From Octopus sinensis (lineage: Eukaryota), in contig NW_021833762.1 of assembly GCF_006345805.1 (NCBI RefSeq), positions 1 to 55,060 of the forward strand: a stretch of 55,060 nucleotides of DNA, read 5' to 3'. The notes below the pieces were generated by a model. It saw only the letters and a list, made by a program, of their open reading frames with translations, was not told the DNA's origin and ran no database searches. How positions within the stretch are numbered: position 1 is the stretch's first letter; each line of letters begins with the position of its first letter. Both the position numbers and the translations under genes were made by a program. Shown piece after piece: positions 50,290 to 55,060 of this stretch.

Positions 50290-50490
50290 ATGTTTGTGTG
50301 TCTGTTTGTCCTCCCAGCATCGCTTGAAAACCGATGCTGGTGTGTTTACGTCCCGGTCATCTAGCGGTTCGGCAAGAAAGACCGATAGAATAAGTACTGG
50401 GCTTACAAAAAATAAGTTCTGGGATCAACTTGCTCGACTAAAGGTGGTGCTCCAGCATGGCCGCAGTCAAATGACTGAAACAAATAAAAG
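50120..50490 (+). mobile_element. SINE group A with an internal deletion in the head half
   Basis: Match to the other copies. Confidence 0.85.
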
Positions 50491-50581
50491 AAATAAAAAG
50501 AAAACGATGTATATGTCATACATATGGACGTTAATCACACAGCTTCAGCACCATTTGAAATGTTGTGGTACTCTCTTCGTT

Positions 50582-51636
50582 ACTGAGGTTAAATAAACAT
50601 CAGTTTTGCTTTGTGGTGGTTGTTGGTAGGAGAAAGGTCTGGGGAATAAGTTGGGTGGGGAAGAACTTCGTAGCCAAGATCCCTCAACTTCTGAAACATC
50701 ATTAGTGAAACGTGTGGTCGAGCATTGTCATGAAGACTGATTGGCCCTTTTCTGTTGACCAGTTTGGGACGGAGAGTAGTAGTTTTTCATTCATTTTAGC
50801 AATTTCATGACAATATGTTTCTGTAGTAATGGCTTTTCCGGGTTTTAAGAAGTTATTGTGGATGAGTCCAGCAGTACATCTCCAAACAGTCACCATAACC
50901 TTCTTTTTGAAGAGCTCAGGTTTAAGGAAGGTTTTTCGGTGTTTCATTTTGTTCTAATCACTGCGAAGAACGATTTTTTTTTTATTGCATAGAATCCACT
51001 TTTCATCGCAAGTTACAATACGGTCGAGAAATGGACCGGTCTGGTTACGGAGAAGAAACGACAAGCGAATTTCAAATCCGCGCATTTTCTGATTTTCATT
51101 TAAATCGTGTGGTACCCATTTGTCGAGCATTTTTGATTTTTCGATCTCATGCAAATGATCGCAGGCAGTTTTTTTTAGCTAACTTGAAGTTCTTTTGCCA
51201 GTTCCCGAGTGGTTTTATGTGGATCTTTCTCAATGACGGTCTTTAACTGACCGTCATCAATGACAGATGGGCGTCCACTACGCTCACGATCTTCAAGGCT
51301 CAGGTCTCTACTACGAAATCGTTTAAGCCATTTTCAAGCTGACCACTCACTGGTCAGTTCCTCGCCAAATATTTCGTTGATATCGCGAGCAGTTTCAGCT
51401 GCTTTACGTCCGTTTTTGAAGTTCAATAGCAAAATTGCTCGAATATCGCGCTTTGACTGTTCCATATCAGATGATTGTAACAACGGTGAAAAAAAATCAA
51501 TATTAATTTATTGATGCATTTGGACAAGTCTCTGTCTGTATTATTAGACAATTGCAAAGAATAATCTAAAACTCTGAAAAAATCCTGTACAAATTCTTCA
51601 TGGTTGAAAACGTTGCTTAGTTTTTACTCAACCTGA
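50582..51636 (-). mobile_element. Decayed mariner transposon (DD34D), C-terminus deleted
   Basis: WVPHDL, IVTCDEKWI and HDNARPH...YSPDLSPTN motifs, 34 residues between the second D and the third position (mutated to N); TIR TA-TCAGGTTGAGTAAAAAC at the 51636 end. Confidence 0.9.
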
Positions 51637-52216
51637 TATTTTACAGGTTACATTATCTTTCAAAATGTTACCCAGAATGATGTCCAGACCCCGCCCATTC
51701 AACTGAATCCATCTCAGATCTGCCACAGGGGAAAAATTCAACCGTGGTTTCTTCTCGAAACCCTTGGGGCTTTGAGATTTAACTTTCAGATTTACCCACT
51801 CTTCTTATGCTCCGAGCAGGTTAAGCGAAGAGATCCTGGTCGCTTTGGTTTTCCTCCTGGCCCTTATTCTTCTCCGACGTACAAGAAGTTTTGATACTAG
51901 AAATAGGCCTCTAAACAGTAGTTGTTGCAATAGTTCTTTACACTTCGATATGCTTTGGTGAATCTTCACGCCACATTAGCGCTTAAATACTCCTCCAAGG
52001 ATATTGTATCGCCTTCTTGTCTTGCTGCATTCATATTTTCAAGATATTTTGGATGTGTGCCTTAGCAGCATCCGCTTAATAGTTATATAGGAAACGGAAA
52101 TTTTTTTACGGTTGCGTTTGTGTATGAAGGTAATTGCCGATACACACACAGACACACACACAGACACACACACACACACATATATATATATACACACAAC
52201 ATACATTTAATGATAT

Positions 52217-52400
52217 GGGCCCCGCCTGCAGGGTCATGCGCTGATTATCTTGATATAAGATCCCATGTCGCACGCATATGGTTGTGATGCATGTGTCTGG
52301 TGTACCCTTATTAGTCGGGTAGTCATGATGGGTATGTTGGACTTCGTATATTTATACCTCAGTATCACTTTGACTTGCGCTTCTCTCTCACTCAGTAACG

Positions 52401-52465
<65 letters not shown>

Positions 52466-52790
52466 TCACCTCTGGCAACATGGGTGTTTCGTTCAACATC
52501 CTTAAACAACCCTTATTCAGGGACCTTTTGAGTGTTATGGGCTACTCGACCTGAAGAAAATTCAAACTGGGCCCCACCTGCAAGGTCATGTGCTGTTAAT
52601 CTTGATATGAGATCACCATGTCGTGCACATATGGTTGTGATGCATGTGCCTAGTGTACCCTTATCAGACGGATAGTCATGATGGGTATACTGGGCTTCGT
52701 ATATTTTACCCCAGTGTCACTCTGATGGCATGCACTGCTCTCTCACTCAATAATAATGATAATAATAATAATAATAATAATAATGATGCT
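52217..52790 (+). mobile_element. Two tandem copies of a putative retroelement 3' end, each terminating in (TAA)n
   Basis: GGGCCCC.CCTGCA.GGTCATG...CTCTCACTCA(TAA)n at 52217 and about 52568; no ORF assigned. Confidence 0.6.
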
Positions 52791-52802
52791 GATGATGATG
52801 AT

Positions 52803-52873
<71 letters not shown>

Positions 52874-52898
52874 ACTACTACTACTACTTACTACTACT

Positions 52899-52937
<39 letters not shown>

Positions 52938-53391
52938 TATTATTATTATTATTATTATTATCATTATCTTAAAGGTGTCTTATGAATTATGGGTAAGAAA
53001 TAAAACCGTGGGGGATGGAGTTGGTTGACGCTCAAATAATTGTTTACCGCTTAAGCGTAGTAGAACGTGTGTCTTATGACATTGCTGTTTATATTTACCA
53101 CCAAGATAGTCAGTACACGAGACGACTGTGCGCCTAAATTTAGCAGGTTTACTGAGAATGTTTGAGTAAATGTCACGTTGACTATATAGACTTCGCTATG
53201 TCTGAGCTATATGATGGCCACCTTGTGTCTTAATCGTAGAAACAACGGTGTTTGTTCAATGTCTCAAGAAACTCTTGCAAGGTATCTAGACATTCTCTTT
53301 TGTCTTCTGTATTGTATGTATTTGGAGTTGAAACAACATGTCCATTGCAACATATACTGGAATTGATATCGAGGTACCTTAACCTTTTACC

Positions 53392-54112
53392 GTTCGGCGA
53401 GCTGGCAGAACCGTTAGCACGCCGGGCGAAATGTGTAGCCGTATTTCGTCTGCCGTTACGTTCTGAGTTCAAATTCCGCCGAGGTCGACTTTGCCTTTCA
53501 TCCTTTCGGGGATGTCGATATAATCGACTTAATCCGTTTGTCTGTCCTTGTTTGTCCTTTCTGTGTTTAGTCCCTTGTGGGTAGTAAAGAAATAGGTATT
53601 TCGTCTGTCTTTACGTTCTGAATTCAAATTTCGCCGAGGGCGACTTTGCCTTTCATCCTTTCGGAGTCGATTAAATAAGTACCATTTACGCACTGGGTCG
53701 ATGTAATCGACTTAATCCTTTTGTCTGTCCTTGTATGTCCCTTCTATGTTTAGCCCCTTGTGGCAATAAAGAAATAAGAAACGTTAGCGCGCCGGGCGAA
53801 ATACTTGGCGGTATTTCGTCTGTCTTTATGCTCTGAGTTCAAATTCCGCCGTGGTCGACTTTGCCTTTCATCCTTTCGGGGTCGATAAATTAAGTACCAG
53901 TTACGCACTGGGATCGATGTAATCAACTCAATCCCTTTGTCTGTCCTTGCTTGTCCTCTATGTGTTTAGCCCCTTGTAGGTAGTAAAGAAATAGGTATTT
54001 CGTCTGCCGTCACGTTCTTAGTTCAAATTCCGCCGAGGTCGACTTTGCCTTTCATCCTTTCGGGGTCGATAAATTAAGTACCAGTTGCGCACTGGGGTCG
54101 ATCTAATCGACT
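53392..54112 (+). mobile_element. SINE group B head-to-tail array
   Basis: AAAGAAATA|GGTATTTCG junctions at 53595 and 53994; an alternative restart (AGAAACGTTAG) near 53777. Confidence 0.9.
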
Positions 54113-54735
54113 ACGCAATCATAATTAGAGTGAACCTGTAACAGATTGATTACAATTATATAACCACCAATGCAGTAATTCTTCTCCCAACTGCTAAATG
54201 AAATAAATAACTTAAAATAGCATGGACCAACGATCACAGGAGAACATTTAACGCGGTAATAGTAAACCAGAAGTTAATTTGAAGAAGAATAACATATCAT
54301 AGTTAATATTTGGTTTGTCTTATTGTTCTAGTGTTAACTACCGCGTATTTGTTTTACTAATAATTCTATATTATCCCTCATACCTCCACTTGTTTATACC
54401 GAAAATAACTGCGTGCACCTCTTCTGCACTCGGTTGCATTGGCCTTTATTATTGTAAAGGATGTTTTTGTTTGTCATTGAGTCGAAAATATCTCGAGTGT
54501 TACTGTGAGTTACAGATTTAGAACGAGATTAAGAAACGGTTTGGCTGTAAAACAGCGGGTCTTGTTGTTGTCCTAGCAAGTGTTGAGATCACTGAACCCG
54601 GAAGTCTGTTTAATTCGTGTTTTGCAGTAAGCACGCGTAGCAGTGAAGTAATATTCACCTTCGAGGTCGCAGAACTACGTTACAGAAATACACAAACACA
54701 ACCCCGCCCCCGCCACCACCACCACCGCCACCGCC

Positions 54736-54770
<35 letters not shown>

Positions 54771-54957
54771 CACCACCACCACCACCACCACCACCACCAC
54801 TACCACCACCACCGCCACCGCCGCTACCTCACACAGGTTCCTACACACGTACCTGGATATAGGTTTGGCTTGTTATGGTTCAGAAGTTCACTTCGCAAAA
54901 TATGGTTTTAGGATCGATATTTCTGCGCGGCGCAATGGACGGGTATCTTTTACCATA

Positions 54958-55060
54958 GAAGGCGGCGAGCTGGCAGAAAGAAACGTTAGCACGCCGGGCG
55001 AAATGCGTAGCCGTATTTCGTCTGCCGTTACGTTCTGAGTTCAAATTCCGCCGAGGTCGA
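54958..55060 (+). mobile_element. SINE group B, cut by the window end
   Basis: Head match. Confidence 0.85.

Overview
Repeat-saturated animal genomic DNA, most likely Octopus (inferred from the SINE families and the density of TA/CA/TACA/TAA microsatellites). The only credible host-gene sequence is one short + strand exon at 570-668. It encodes the N-terminal P-loop of a RERG/RASL-family small GTPase (MTSGTRGKHPDSRFAVLGKPGVGKS, then a phase-1 GTAAGT donor). I could not find the next exon, so the remaining ~54 kb is probably one large intron. That interval holds dozens of tRNA-derived SINEs in three groups, a DD37D (maT) Tc1/mariner, a DD34D mariner and a Penelope-like element (RT + GIY-YIG). 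It also holds decayed RTE, CR1, Tx1, I-group and RLE-type LINE fragments and two hAT MITEs with 8-bp TSDs. All are broken or truncated, and nearly all long ORFs in the track are microsatellite artefacts. The most interesting signals are: (1) small hammerhead-ribozyme-like motifs from several element families that read CCGA instead of the canonical CUGA, including a back-to-back pair; (2) head-to-tail 184-bp SINE multimers with the same junction at several separate loci; (3) mix-and-match SINE modules; (4) a 5'-inverted RTE with twin-priming geometry; (5) RLE LINE ends sitting in (TACA)n repeats; (6) several strong hairpins. Coordinates were counted by hand and may be off by a few bases. Family names come from remembered motifs, not database searches.
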